Shown here: positions 22,761-31,852 of the stretch, in pieces | Numbering within the stretch: position 1 is the stretch's first letter | How the letters are laid out: every line of letters begins with the position of its first letter | Origin: Natronolimnohabitans sp. A-GB9 | GTDB lineage: Archaea > Halobacteriota > Halobacteria > Halobacteriales > Natrialbaceae | Reading direction: 5' to 3' | Assembly: GCF_030848565.1 (NCBI RefSeq) | Contig: NZ_JAVDDV010000012.1 | Span: forward strand, 1 to 32,000 | Length of the DNA: 32,000 nucleotides | Notes under the pieces: model-generated | Told to the model about the DNA's origin: nothing | The model's database searches: none | The model's input: only the letters and a program-made list of their open reading frames with translations | Made by a program: the position numbers and the translations under genes

Positions 22761-25658
22761 TTACAGCCCGTCACTCGAGTCGGATCGACCGAACACCGGG
22801 AGCGGATGTGTCGCCTCGATAGAGACGGCGACTGGCGTGTCGATGTCGTACCACTCCTCGTGGTCGTGACGACACCAGACGACGTCGCCGTTCTCGAGTG
22901 CGATCCGGTACCGAACGACCGTCCCCATGAACTGGCGGTTGACGATCCGGCCGTCCGCGTTCCCGTTCTCGTCCGTCGGCGTGATCGCAACGTCGTCCGG
23001 GCGGACGAGGACGTCGACGGTCTCCGATCGAACCCGATCGACTCGCGTAACGCGCTCGTCCTCGAGACGACCGATGGGCGTATCGATGGCCGCACCGTCG
23101 ACGTGACCGGTGAGGTAGCTCGTCCGCCCGAGAAACTCCGCGACCATCCGCGAGTCGGGTTCCATGAACACGTCCCGTGGTCCGTCGACCTGCTCGAGGA
23201 CGCCGCCGTTTAAAACCGCCGTTCGGTCGCCGACCGAGAGCGCTTCCTCCTGGTCGTGGGTGACCCAGACGGCAGTGACGTCGACGGAGTCGAGAATCGA
23301 GGTGATCGTCTCCCGCATTCGAATTCGCAATCCGGCGTCGAGATTCGAGAGCGGTTCGTCGAGCAACAGGACGTCGGGCTCGGGAGCGAGCGATCGGGCG
23401 AGTGCGACGCGTTGTTTCTGCCCGCCGGAGAGTTCGTGTGGATAGCTTCGCCGGTACTGTCGTAGGCCGACGAGATCCAGCAAGTCGGTGACGACCTCGT
23501 CGGCCTCGTCGGTAGACGTGTCGTGCAGTCCGTAGGCGACGTTTTCTCCGACGGTCTTGTGAGGGAACAACGCGAACTCCTGGAAGACGATACCGACGTC
23601 CCGCCCCTCCGAGGGGACGAATTCGTCGTTGCCGCCGTCGGCGACGGACCGGCCGTGGATGCGGACCGTTCCCGCGTCGGGTCGCTCGAAGCCGGCGATC
23701 AGCCGCAGCGTCGTCGTCTTCCCGCAGCCGGAGGGTCCAAGCAACGTGAGTAGCTCCCCGTCTTGTACCGTCAGCGAGAGGTCGTCGACCGCGATCTCGC
23801 CGTCGTAGGCCTTCGTTACGCCCTCGAGTTCGAGGACTGGCTTTCGTTCGGTCCGCTCGTTTGCCGCGCGATCGACCGCGTGACTGCCGTCGCTTCGCAG
23901 GGGTGTGGTCGGTTCCCCGATCGGTTCGTCGTCCGGGCCGCTCTCGTCGCCGTTTCGTACGAACGACCGGAGCCACGTCCAGAATCGCGTCCAGTACTCG
24001 TAGTCGCCACGGGACAACACCGCGACGATCGCGAGCCCCGAGACAAAGATGAGGACGAGCGCCGGGATCGCCGCGTAGCCGTAGTAGGCGTTTCGTTCGG
24101 CGCCCCAGATGAACGTCGCGAGCGTTTCGAACCCGGACGGTCGAAGCAGCAACGTCGCCGGAAGCTCTTTCATCCCGTGAAGGAACACGAGCGCCGCACC
24201 GGCGGCGACGCCGGGGAGCATCATCGGGAACGTGATCCGTCGAAACGCCTGCAACGGTGTCGACCCCAGCGATCTCGCGGCTTCGATTACACGTGGGTTC
24301 ACGTACAGGACCGACGTCCGAACCGAGCCGACGGCCAGTGGCAGGTAGAGTACGACGTAGGCGAACACGACGAGCGGGACGGTCTGATAGAGCGACGGAA
24401 GATACGTCGACCCGAAGAAGACGAGGCTCAGCCCGATGACGACGCCCGGAATCGCGAAGCCGACGTACGTCGCTCGCTCGAGGAGGCCCGAGACGACCGA
24501 CCGGTATCTGGCGGCGAGATACGCGACCGGCAGCGCGAGGAGCGCGGCGATGACGGCTGCCAGCGCCGAGACGGTCATCGAATTGAGCGCGTACTCCCAC
24601 TCGAACGCGAGCGAGCCGACGTACACCTCCGGACCCCGGACGAGCCACCAGAGCAGAAAGCCCACCGGCAACACGATACTGAGGAGGAAGACGCCAGCAC
24701 AGACCGCAAGCGCCGGCCACGTCCACCGACCGAGCCGGAGCGTGTACGAGCGCGACTCGCCACGGGCCTCGCCGTGGATCCGTTTGTGATCGCGAACCTG
24801 TGACTCGAGTGCGAGAATCACGAGCGTGATCGCGACCAGTTGCAGCGACAACATCGCGGCGTAGTCGTGTGCCAACGCGTTGTACTCGACGTAGATCTGG
24901 CGTGTGAGGACGTCGAACCGCAACATCGCGGGAACGCCGAAGTCGCCTGCAGTCTCGAGTGCTGCAAGCAACGCCCCGGCTACGATCGCTGGCTTGGCCA
25001 TCGGAAAGACGACCTGTGTGAACACGCCCCGGAGGTCGTTCTCGAGCGAGCGGGCGGCGTCGAGATACGTCTTGTCGAACGCTCGCAACCCCGCGATCGT
25101 CGTGATGTAGACGAACGGATAGTTGTACAGCGTGAGGATGAAGACGGTCCCCCAGAAGCCGTACAGCTCGGGCAGCGAGGAGACGCCGAACGGTTCGAGC
25201 ATCGACTGGACGAGCCCTTGTGGCCCCCAGACGGAGATGAACGCGAACGCGCCGGTGAAATTCGGGACGACGAGCGGAAGCGCGAGCGCGCCCATCCAGA
25301 ACCGTCTGAACGGGAGGTCCGTAAGCGTCGTGAGTACCGCAAGTGGGACGCCGATCAGCACCGAGAGGGTCGTGACGACGCCGACGAGTACGATCGTGTT
25401 CGCCAGAATCTCGAGCGTGCGCGACCGAAAGACGATCGACCAGAGCCGGTCGAAATCGACGCTGAACGCGACGACGACGATCCAGAGAATCGGAACGACG
25501 ACGACCGCAGCGACGGCTCCCGCAAGCAGCGTGAGCCCGAGCGGGAGCGTCGATCCGTCGCCGCGACCGACGTCGGCATCGGTCTCGCGGTTCGCTCTCG
25601 ATGAGCGTGGTTTCCCGCTGGAGTGTGTCTCGAAGTCGAACGGATCCGGTGCCGTCAT
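22761..25658 (-). CDS. Fused ABC importer permease (duplicated FbpB/ThiP-type, about 12 TM) and ATP-binding domain (FbpC-like with TOBE-like tail)
   Basis: Single 965-aa ORF. N-terminal about 550 aa is polytopic, with two binding-protein-dependent permease halves. About 60 aa acidic linker. NBD motifs GPSGCGKTT (Walker A), LSGGQKQRVALARSL (signature) and LLLDEPLSNLD (Walker B). Confidence 0.85.
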   Translation of the reverse strand: MTAPDPFDFETHSSGKPRSSRANRETDADVGRGDGSTLPLGLTLLAGAVAAVVVVPILWIVVVAFSVDFDRLWSIVFRSRTLEILANTIVLVGVVTTLSVLIGVPLAVLTTLTDLPFRRFWMGALALPLVVPNFTGAFAFISVWGPQGLVQSMLEPFGVSSLPELYGFWGTVFILTLYNYPFVYITTIAGLRAFDKTYLDAARSLENDLRGVFTQVVFPMAKPAIVAGALLAALETAGDFGVPAMLRFDVLTRQIYVEYNALAHDYAAMLSLQLVAITLVILALESQVRDHKRIHGEARGESRSYTLRLGRWTWPALAVCAGVFLLSIVLPVGFLLWWLVRGPEVYVGSLAFEWEYALNSMTVSALAAVIAALLALPVAYLAARYRSVVSGLLERATYVGFAIPGVVIGLSLVFFGSTYLPSLYQTVPLVVFAYVVLYLPLAVGSVRTSVLYVNPRVIEAARSLGSTPLQAFRRITFPMMLPGVAAGAALVFLHGMKELPATLLLRPSGFETLATFIWGAERNAYYGYAAIPALVLIFVSGLAIVAVLSRGDYEYWTRFWTWLRSFVRNGDESGPDDEPIGEPTTPLRSDGSHAVDRAANERTERKPVLELEGVTKAYDGEIAVDDLSLTVQDGELLTLLGPSGCGKTTTLRLIAGFERPDAGTVRIHGRSVADGGNDEFVPSEGRDVGIVFQEFALFPHKTVGENVAYGLHDTSTDEADEVVTDLLDLVGLRQYRRSYPHELSGGQKQRVALARSLAPEPDVLLLDEPLSNLDAGLRIRMRETITSILDSVDVTAVWVTHDQEEALSVGDRTAVLNGGVLEQVDGPRDVFMEPDSRMVAEFLGRTSYLTGHVDGAAIDTPIGRLEDERVTRVDRVRSETVDVLVRPDDVAITPTDENGNADGRIVNRQFMGTVVRYRIALENGDVVWCRHDHEEWYDIDTPVAVSIEATHPLPVFGRSDSSDGL

Positions 25659-25730
25659 TGGTGTGTACTAGGGTGTGTCGACCGATTGCTCGAACCGACG
25701 ACCGTCAGTCGAGACCGTCTTCACGAACGA

Positions 25731-26843
25731 CTACAGTATCCCTTCCTCTCGGAGTAGTTCGAGCGTCGGCTCGAGCTCCGAGAGCTCGTTGAGGTCGAGT
25801 TCGGGCGGTTCGAACTCGTCTGTCCCCGGAAGCTCGTCGAGAGGATCGACGCCATCGATGGTGGGATACTCCCACGTCGTCGTCGCGAAGTACTCCTGGG
25901 CTTCCGCCGAGAGCAGGTGTGCGACGAAGTCGGCGGCGGTCTCCCGTTGCTCGCTTCCCTCCATGACCGTCCCACCGGTAACGTTGTACATCGCCCCGGC
26001 GTCGCCGCTCGTGAAGGTCAACTCGAGGTCTTCGCCACCGTGGTCGCGCACGACGTAGTGGTTGGTCAATCCGACGCCGACCTCGCCGTCGCCGACGGCC
26101 TGTGCCAGTGCGCTGTCGCCACCGGGTGACGCCTCGATGTTCTGGTCGTCGACCATCGAGCGGACCCACTCACGCGTTTCCTCCTCGCCGTGAAGCTGCC
26201 GCATGGCAGTCACGAACGCCTGGAACGATCCCTGATCCGGTGGCCACATGATGTCGTCTGCGAACCGGTCGTCCTCGGCATAGGCGAAGATGTCGTCCGG
26301 AAGTTCGTCTTCGTCGAACACGTCTGCGTTGTACGCGACTGCCCGAAACCGTCGGGTAAAGCCCGCCCAATGTCCGTCCGGGTCGACGGAGCCGGTATCG
26401 ACCATCTCGAGGACGTCGTCGGGGAGTTCGGCGGTATACCCGTCTTCCTTGAGGTGTGTCATCGATTGAGACTCACTCCCGTAGAAGACGTCGGCCGGCG
26501 TTTCGGCTTCCGTCTCGATCGTGTTGACCAGATCGGCCGTATCGTCGTATCTGACCTCGAGTGTCAGTTCGTCGTACTCGTCGTCGATGTACTCGAGCAA
26601 CTCGCCGACTCGGGTCTCACTTCGACTCGAGTAGACGGTGAGTTCACCGTCGAGGTCGGGAAGTTCGTCCATCGAGACGCCGCCTGGATCGGGTCGGTTT
26701 TCGGCATATTCCGGATCGCCGAGGACGTCGTCGCCGTTGCCTTCCCCACCGACGCAACCACTGAGTACGGCCCCGCCGACGAGACAGCCGACGGCACCGA
26801 GATACCTTCTCCGTGGGGTGTCACCCATCTGCATACCCGTCAC
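25731..26843 (-). CDS. ABC transporter substrate-binding lipoprotein (Fe3+/thiamine-type family), Tat-exported
   Basis: N-terminal twin-arginine TPRRRYLGAVG and lipobox LSGC, then an acidic periplasmic-binding-protein-like domain. Heads the permease-ATPase gene. Alternative ATGs at 26834 and 26828. Confidence 0.8.
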   Translation of the reverse strand: MTGMQMGDTPRRRYLGAVGCLVGGAVLSGCVGGEGNGDDVLGDPEYAENRPDPGGVSMDELPDLDGELTVYSSRSETRVGELLEYIDDEYDELTLEVRYDDTADLVNTIETEAETPADVFYGSESQSMTHLKEDGYTAELPDDVLEMVDTGSVDPDGHWAGFTRRFRAVAYNADVFDEDELPDDIFAYAEDDRFADDIMWPPDQGSFQAFVTAMRQLHGEEETREWVRSMVDDQNIEASPGGDSALAQAVGDGEVGVGLTNHYVVRDHGGEDLELTFTSGDAGAMYNVTGGTVMEGSEQRETAADFVAHLLSAEAQEYFATTTWEYPTIDGVDPLDELPGTDEFEPPELDLNELSELEPTLELLREEGIL

Positions 26844-26875
26844 CGTCGATGGTCGGCGAAATAACCCTAGGGATT

Positions 26876-26908
26876 CGTGTACACTAACACATTGAACTAT
26901 TGTACACG
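26876..26908. promoter_or_regulatory. 8-bp inverted repeat CGTGTACA-N17-TGTACACG upstream of the binding-protein gene (candidate operator)
   Basis: Exact inverted repeat in an AT-rich patch 35-65 nt upstream of the start codon. It lies just distal to a TATA-like GGTTATTTCG on the minus strand. Confidence 0.35.
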
Positions 26909-27091
26909 CAATGCGGTAGCCGGCGGATCGCTACCGGTCGCTCGTTGGTCGGATAGAACGCCGACTGGCTGCGGAGTCGAAACATCGGTACCTAACAGTA
27001 GATAGTAAGTCACCTGCACTAAACCGGGCCGTTTGATTACGACACGTACTCACTTGCCGCTCGCTTCGCTCACGGCGCGTTCGTCGTACCA

Positions 27092-27940
27092 TTACGTCTC
27101 GGTCGTCACCTCGAGGAAGACATCCTCGAGCGTCGAGTCCGCGCCCTGCTCGAGGCGGGCAATCAACTCGTCTGGCGGGCCGGATTCGACGAGTTCTCCG
27201 TCGTAGAGAATGCCGACCTCGGTCGCGATCCGTTCGACGACCGAAAGGACGTGCGTCGAGAGAAAGATCGTTGTGCCGTCAGCGGCCAACTCCGACAGTA
27301 CCTTCCGGACTGTCCGCGTCGCGCGCGGATCGAGGCCGCTGGTTGGTTCGTCGAGAAAGACCACGTCAGGGTCGTGCATGATTGCCTGGATCAATCCCGT
27401 CTTCTGGCGCATCCCTTTCGAGTAGGTGACGATCCGGTCGTCGGCGTCGTCAGCGAGGTCGAACCGTTCGAGCAGGTCCTCGACCCGCGCGTCGATCGCG
27501 TCCGGCTCCATCCCGCGAAGGCCCCCGTGGTACTCGAGTTGCTCGCGAGCGGTGAGTTCCTCGTGGATCGGCGGCGATTCGGGGAGGTAACCGACGTACT
27601 CGACGAGCCGTTCCCGATCGGTGATCGGCGCGTCGGCGACCCGACCCTCACCGCCGGTCGGTGGGAGCAGCCCTGTCAGCATCCGGATCGTCGTCGTCTT
27701 CCCTGCGCCGTTGGGGCCGAGAAAGCCGTAGATCGCCCCGGCCGAAATCTCGAGATCGAGTCCGCCAACGGCCGTGGTCGAACCGTACCGTTTCGTCAGA
27801 TCGTGAGTGACGATGGCCGGCTCCATGGACGCTGTAGAGTCGTCGGTAACGGTGCTCGCCGGTGTGTCAGCGGATTCGGGGTCTTCCGTCTCGGTGTTCG
27901 CCGATGCGTCGGTCGGAACGTCGTTCGATCGGTCTGTCAT
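27092..27940 (-). CDS. ABC transporter ATP-binding protein (ABC-2/DrrA-CcmA-like)
   Basis: GPNGAGKTT (Walker A), YSKGMRQKTGLIQAI (signature-like) and VVFLDEPTSGLD (Walker B). About 45 aa of acidic N-terminal extension. Start is 4 nt after the upstream gene's stop. Confidence 0.85.
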   Translation of the reverse strand: MTDRSNDVPTDASANTETEDPESADTPASTVTDDSTASMEPAIVTHDLTKRYGSTTAVGGLDLEISAGAIYGFLGPNGAGKTTTIRMLTGLLPPTGGEGRVADAPITDRERLVEYVGYLPESPPIHEELTAREQLEYHGGLRGMEPDAIDARVEDLLERFDLADDADDRIVTYSKGMRQKTGLIQAIMHDPDVVFLDEPTSGLDPRATRTVRKVLSELAADGTTIFLSTHVLSVVERIATEVGILYDGELVESGPPDELIARLEQGADSTLEDVFLEVTTET

Positions 27941-27944
27941 GTGT

Positions 27945-29561
27945 TCAGTTTAGTGTTATCGCTCGGTATCGTCGGACGGCGATCCGGAACGCGATCGTGG
28001 CGACGACGAGGGCCAGCAGAACCGTCACCAGCAGCGATCCGAGGCGGACAGCGCTCGTCGGAACGGCCCTGAGAGTCGGATGGTCGTAGACCGCCGCCGT
28101 GCTCCCCGCCATCGCAGGGATGCTGACGAGCGTGACGACCGCGAAGGTCCCGGCGAGTCGCAGAAAGGGTCGAGCTCCGGTTTCGGCGTAGACGGGAATG
28201 CTGGTGAAGAAAAACGGGACCGTGGCGACGTCGTCGCGGTCGACGGCCATGTCGATCGCAGCGGTCGTCGCCGCGGTACACGCACAGACGGCAACCCCGA
28301 CGAGGACAACCGCGATCGTCTCTGCTGCCCCAACGGGGCCGAGCAGTCCGAGTGAGAGCACCACCAGCGTTACCGCGGGAACGCCGACGACCAGCGCCGC
28401 CGTCACCAAGCCGCCGACGACGGCCCGCCCGCTGACGGTCGTCAGGAGCATCGGAAGCGTCCGGTATTCTACCTCGAGCGGACCGATAGCGAACGTGATC
28501 CCGGCGGCCATCCCCAGAACGATCGGGACGAGCAGGAACGCCGCGGTGCCGCTGAACACGAACGCCGGGAGGAGGATCACGCCGACGAACAGCAGTACGT
28601 ACCCCGTCGACAACAGGCCCCGCGGGACACGGCGCTCGAGCAGGAAGCGCTCGCGGGCGACAGTGAGCATCGGGCGGGAAATCCGTCCTGCGAGGAGCCG
28701 TTCCAGCGGACCGTCACCGACGAGCGATCGAGAGACGGAGCGATGGCTCGAGTCAGTGGGTTCTGTCTCCCAGATCCGGCGCAAGAGGACGGTCGTCGCG
28801 CCGATCAATAGTGGTATCGCAGCCAGCAGCCCGACCGCGGCGAGTCCGCGAACGGGATCACCGATGCCGGCAGATCGTACACCCACGATCGCGAGGTCGC
28901 CGAACCACGCCACGGGCTGGACGTCGACCCAGGTGAGCAGATCGACGATTGATAGCGACACCTCCCGGATGACGAACCAGCCGATCAGCAGGGGGAGCCA
29001 CGCGAACATGAGGAACAGATCCCGGAGGAGTCGTGCACGGGCGATTCGCATCCCCACGAGACGAGCGGCGAGACGGCCCGTGACACCGACCGCGACGGCG
29101 AGACTTCCCAGTGCAGCGATCGCCACCATCGTCGTCACGGCCAGGACAGGCGCCTGCAATCCGAGCGCAGCACCGATCGCGACGCTGACGGTCGGGAGCG
29201 CAACCCGGGCCGCGACTCGAGCGCCGACGAACAGCACTAGCCCCACGGCTGCGGCCCTGGTCGGGACCGTCGTCAGGAGAAACGTCTCGTTCAATCGCTC
29301 GAACCGGTCGTGGGTCATGGACCCGCTTCGTGCTACCAGTGCGACGAAGAGGAGACTCGCGAACAGGCCGATCCCGTTCGCCAGGGGCGTCGTCGTGACG
29401 ACGCGCCCGGCCGCGAACGCACCGACTCCGAGGACGACGGCAGCTGCGAACAACGCGGCGACTAGCAGCCGTTCGCTCCACCGTCCGTTGCGCTCGCGGC
29501 GGTGACGTAGCCACTCGACGCGAGCGATCCGGATGCCGTCACGAATCGTTGCCCTGCCCAT
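27945..29561 (-). CDS. Polytopic membrane protein, probable permease partner of the ABC-2 ATPase
   Basis: 538 aa from the ATG at 29561 (MGRATIRDG); the 23 upstream track codons are AT-rich and atypical. At least 10 hydrophobic helices. ATAATT at 29582-29587 fits a TATA box for a leaderless start. Tightly followed by the ATPase gene. Confidence 0.65.
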   Translation of the reverse strand: MGRATIRDGIRIARVEWLRHRRERNGRWSERLLVAALFAAAVVLGVGAFAAGRVVTTTPLANGIGLFASLLFVALVARSGSMTHDRFERLNETFLLTTVPTRAAAVGLVLFVGARVAARVALPTVSVAIGAALGLQAPVLAVTTMVAIAALGSLAVAVGVTGRLAARLVGMRIARARLLRDLFLMFAWLPLLIGWFVIREVSLSIVDLLTWVDVQPVAWFGDLAIVGVRSAGIGDPVRGLAAVGLLAAIPLLIGATTVLLRRIWETEPTDSSHRSVSRSLVGDGPLERLLAGRISRPMLTVARERFLLERRVPRGLLSTGYVLLFVGVILLPAFVFSGTAAFLLVPIVLGMAAGITFAIGPLEVEYRTLPMLLTTVSGRAVVGGLVTAALVVGVPAVTLVVLSLGLLGPVGAAETIAVVLVGVAVCACTAATTAAIDMAVDRDDVATVPFFFTSIPVYAETGARPFLRLAGTFAVVTLVSIPAMAGSTAAVYDHPTLRAVPTSAVRLGSLLVTVLLALVVATIAFRIAVRRYRAITLN

Positions 29562-29811
29562 ATTTCGGCTGTAGATCTCGGATAATTCTCTCTTTTCATA
29601 CCGTGTGGAAAAAGCTTGCTGTTTAATCAACTTCTCACGCTGACCTCAACTTCCGAACTGTCTGATTCAGTTATTTTCCCAACTGCTGGATACGTTGGGC
29701 GAGGCGTACAAGATACACAGCCGTATCTCGTATCGGTGCCAGTCGATATTTCGTGGCTGGAATGGGGTTGTAGCGGTAGTCTCAATGGGGTGGTGTGAGT
29801 GAGGTAATCAC

Positions 29812-30425
29812 ATGGAACGCTATGATCTAACAACCGATGTCTGGAGGCTCGATGCGACGGACTTTCCAGCCAACGAGCTGCTCACGAAACGTGTGCGATT
29901 TCTCCTCCAGTACGCCATCTTCGCCCCATCGAGTCACAACTCTCAACCCTGGGAGTTCGTCATTGATACTTCCGGACAACACGATGCACACACCGATCGC
30001 ACTCGAGACGCGATCGGGTGTTTACTGACTGTTGTCCGGTAGTATGAGAACGAACAACTAAGATCCACGCAGACGACGATCGCTGGCTTGAGGTGGTGCT
30101 ATCGAGAATTTCTGTATTGCTGCCGAACGGTTCGACCTCGATTTCGATACCGAATATCACAACGATACACCACCAGTCGTCATCACGCTTCAGCCCGATA
30201 GTGAGCCATCATCCGACCGTCCGCCAGAACTGTTCAAGATCGGTCAGATCTTCGAACGCATAGCTTTGACTGCGACCAGCAACGACGTCGCTGCCCACCC
30301 GATGAGCCAGGAACGGGGTGAAACCCCGCGACGGCAGCATTTTGGCATCAGAACGAACCGAAATCGAACGTCGTACCGACGACCATCGTGAGCCGACTTA
30401 CCGTCTCGAGTATTCGAATCGCGAA
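29812..30425 (+). pseudogene. Decayed nitroreductase-family gene (frameshifts, premature stop, probable internal deletion)
   Basis: Frame 1 gives RFLLQYAIFAPSSHNSQPWEFVI, then a stop at 30040-30042. Homology continues in frame 3 (KIHADDDRWLEVV, from 30060) and frame 2 (GGAIENFCIAAERFDL...GQIFERIALTATSNDVAAHPMSQE, 30092-30391). Confidence 0.6.
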
Positions 30426-30434
30426 GCGGCCGCC

Positions 30435-31280
30435 TCAATCCGAGACGGTCGCCGCCGTTTCGTCACTCATCAATAGCGCCAACGTCTCCACACTCTCCTC
30501 GGGAACTGTCACGTCTCCAAGCGGATCACCACACTCCCGGCAGGTCGTCCAGACCGAGACATGCGGCGGTTGACAGCACGGATCGAGACGCTCGTCGTTT
30601 CGTTCGACGGCTCCCCCACAGGCGGGACACCGCTCGAGGAGGAGGCGAATCCGCCGGAGGAGTTCTAGTCGGTCGTCGCCGTCGAGTACGTCCCAGTCGA
30701 GTCGTTCCCGAAGAACCGAGACGGCCGCGACGTCGGCGACGAGCGCGGCAGCTGACTCCCAGCGAAGCAGTTGGTTGCCATCGATCGAAAACGACTGTGG
30801 TCCCTTCGATTCGACCGTGTTCGCACCGACGAGCGCCGCGACGTCGTCGGCGTCGGGTGGTTCCGATCGCCGATTCGCTGCTCGCTGTAGCGTCTCTCGA
30901 AACGCCGCGGTGAGGGCGATTTCGTCGTCATTTCGGTCGACGACGCCAGCGGCCACCAGCGTCTCCCACGGATCGTCAGCTGTCGGCGCCTCGAGCGACC
31001 GATCCCCGACCGGGGCTTTCCCGAACAGACCCAACACCGACGCCGGAAGGTACTGTTCGGTGAGTCGTGGCGTTCCGGGAACGAGATAGCCCCGGAGGTA
31101 GATCACTGCGAGAGCGGCGAGGAACACGCCGACTCCGAGCCCACCGGTCGCTACGAGACTGACTCCGACCGCCAGCGCGGCTGCGAGACCGACGTTGACG
31201 ATCGTACACGGGAGACATCGGTGCTCCCCTGTGTACTCCGGCTGGCGGAGGGATGTCGTTACTGTGCGAATTAGACCCAT
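30435..31280 (-). CDS. Hypothetical membrane protein with N-terminal CxxC, two TM helices and a C-terminal zinc-ribbon-like Cys cluster
   Basis: 281 aa with acidic composition. HRCLPCT, then two hydrophobic helices. C-terminal CPACGG...CC...CRECG. Confidence 0.6.
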   Translation of the reverse strand: MGLIRTVTTSLRQPEYTGEHRCLPCTIVNVGLAAALAVGVSLVATGGLGVGVFLAALAVIYLRGYLVPGTPRLTEQYLPASVLGLFGKAPVGDRSLEAPTADDPWETLVAAGVVDRNDDEIALTAAFRETLQRAANRRSEPPDADDVAALVGANTVESKGPQSFSIDGNQLLRWESAAALVADVAAVSVLRERLDWDVLDGDDRLELLRRIRLLLERCPACGGAVERNDERLDPCCQPPHVSVWTTCRECGDPLGDVTVPEESVETLALLMSDETAATVSD

Positions 31281-31646
31281 TCCTATGGCGTGTTACGATA
31301 GCACTAGCAGCGCCAAAAGCGTTCGTCACCGACGGGGAGCCGCAACTGGTCTGCTTGTGATTCGGCCACGAGAAACGAGTCTACTCGAGATCGGTCTCGG
31401 AACGAGTATCTCAGCGGCATCTATCGTCGAGTGACGTCGATCACTCGACGTCTCACGGCAATTTTCACCGTTAAACTCCTCGTATCTACTTCAGACGGTA
31501 GTCCCCACTAAAAGCCGCTGGCGTACGCAACGATGACTGTCATCACTCGAGAGCCCCGAGTGCACCCGTCGAGCACACGATCACTGCGAGAATGACCGAA
31601 CTCGAGTCGTTATTCGATCAGTGACCACCATCCTCACTACAATACC

Positions 31647-31811
31647 ATGACTGCAACCGAACTTCTCGTCGACAAATGTCCAGTTTGCAAAACATACTTC
31701 GCCGTGGGCTCGAGTGCCGACCTGCAGCGCCGACTCAACGCCCACGAACTCGAAGAACACGGGAAAGTACGACCCTCTCGAGTCGACCACGGCGCGACCG
31801 AGTATAACTGA
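31647..31811 (+). CDS. Candidate 54-aa zinc-finger mini-protein (CxxC...HxxxxH); below the ORF-track cutoff
   Basis: MTATELLVDKCPVCKTYFAVGSSADLQRRLNAHELEEHGKVRPSRVDHGATEYN. GC3 is about 61% by my count. A hairpin follows the stop directly. Competing minus-strand ORFs look non-coding. Confidence 0.35.
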   Translation: MTATELLVDKCPVCKTYFAVGSSADLQRRLNAHELEEHGKVRPSRVDHGATEYN

Positions 31812-31815
31812 CGAT

Positions 31816-31852
31816 CCAAGCGGAAACTGAGACACTGGTTTCTCACGCTTGG
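31816..31852 (+). terminator. Bulged stem-loop just after the mini-ORF stop
   Basis: CCAAGCGGAAAC (31816-31827) pairs with GTTTCTCACGCTTGG (31838-31852): a CCAAGCG/CGCTTGG stem and a GAAAC/GTTTC stem separated by a bulge. Confidence 0.3.

Noticed and set aside
22771-24726. 651-aa alternative-frame ORF inside the ABC permease-ATPase gene, together with + strand ORFs 23763..24803 and 24840..25604
   Set aside because: The products are Arg-dominated. The overlapping frame carries Walker A, signature, Walker B and permease helices, so these are frame artefacts.
28198-29505. 435-aa + strand ORF opposite the 538-aa membrane protein
   Set aside because: It is a Ser/Thr/Arg/Ala low-complexity translation. 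The minus-strand frame gives coherent TM helices and is coupled to the ATPase gene.
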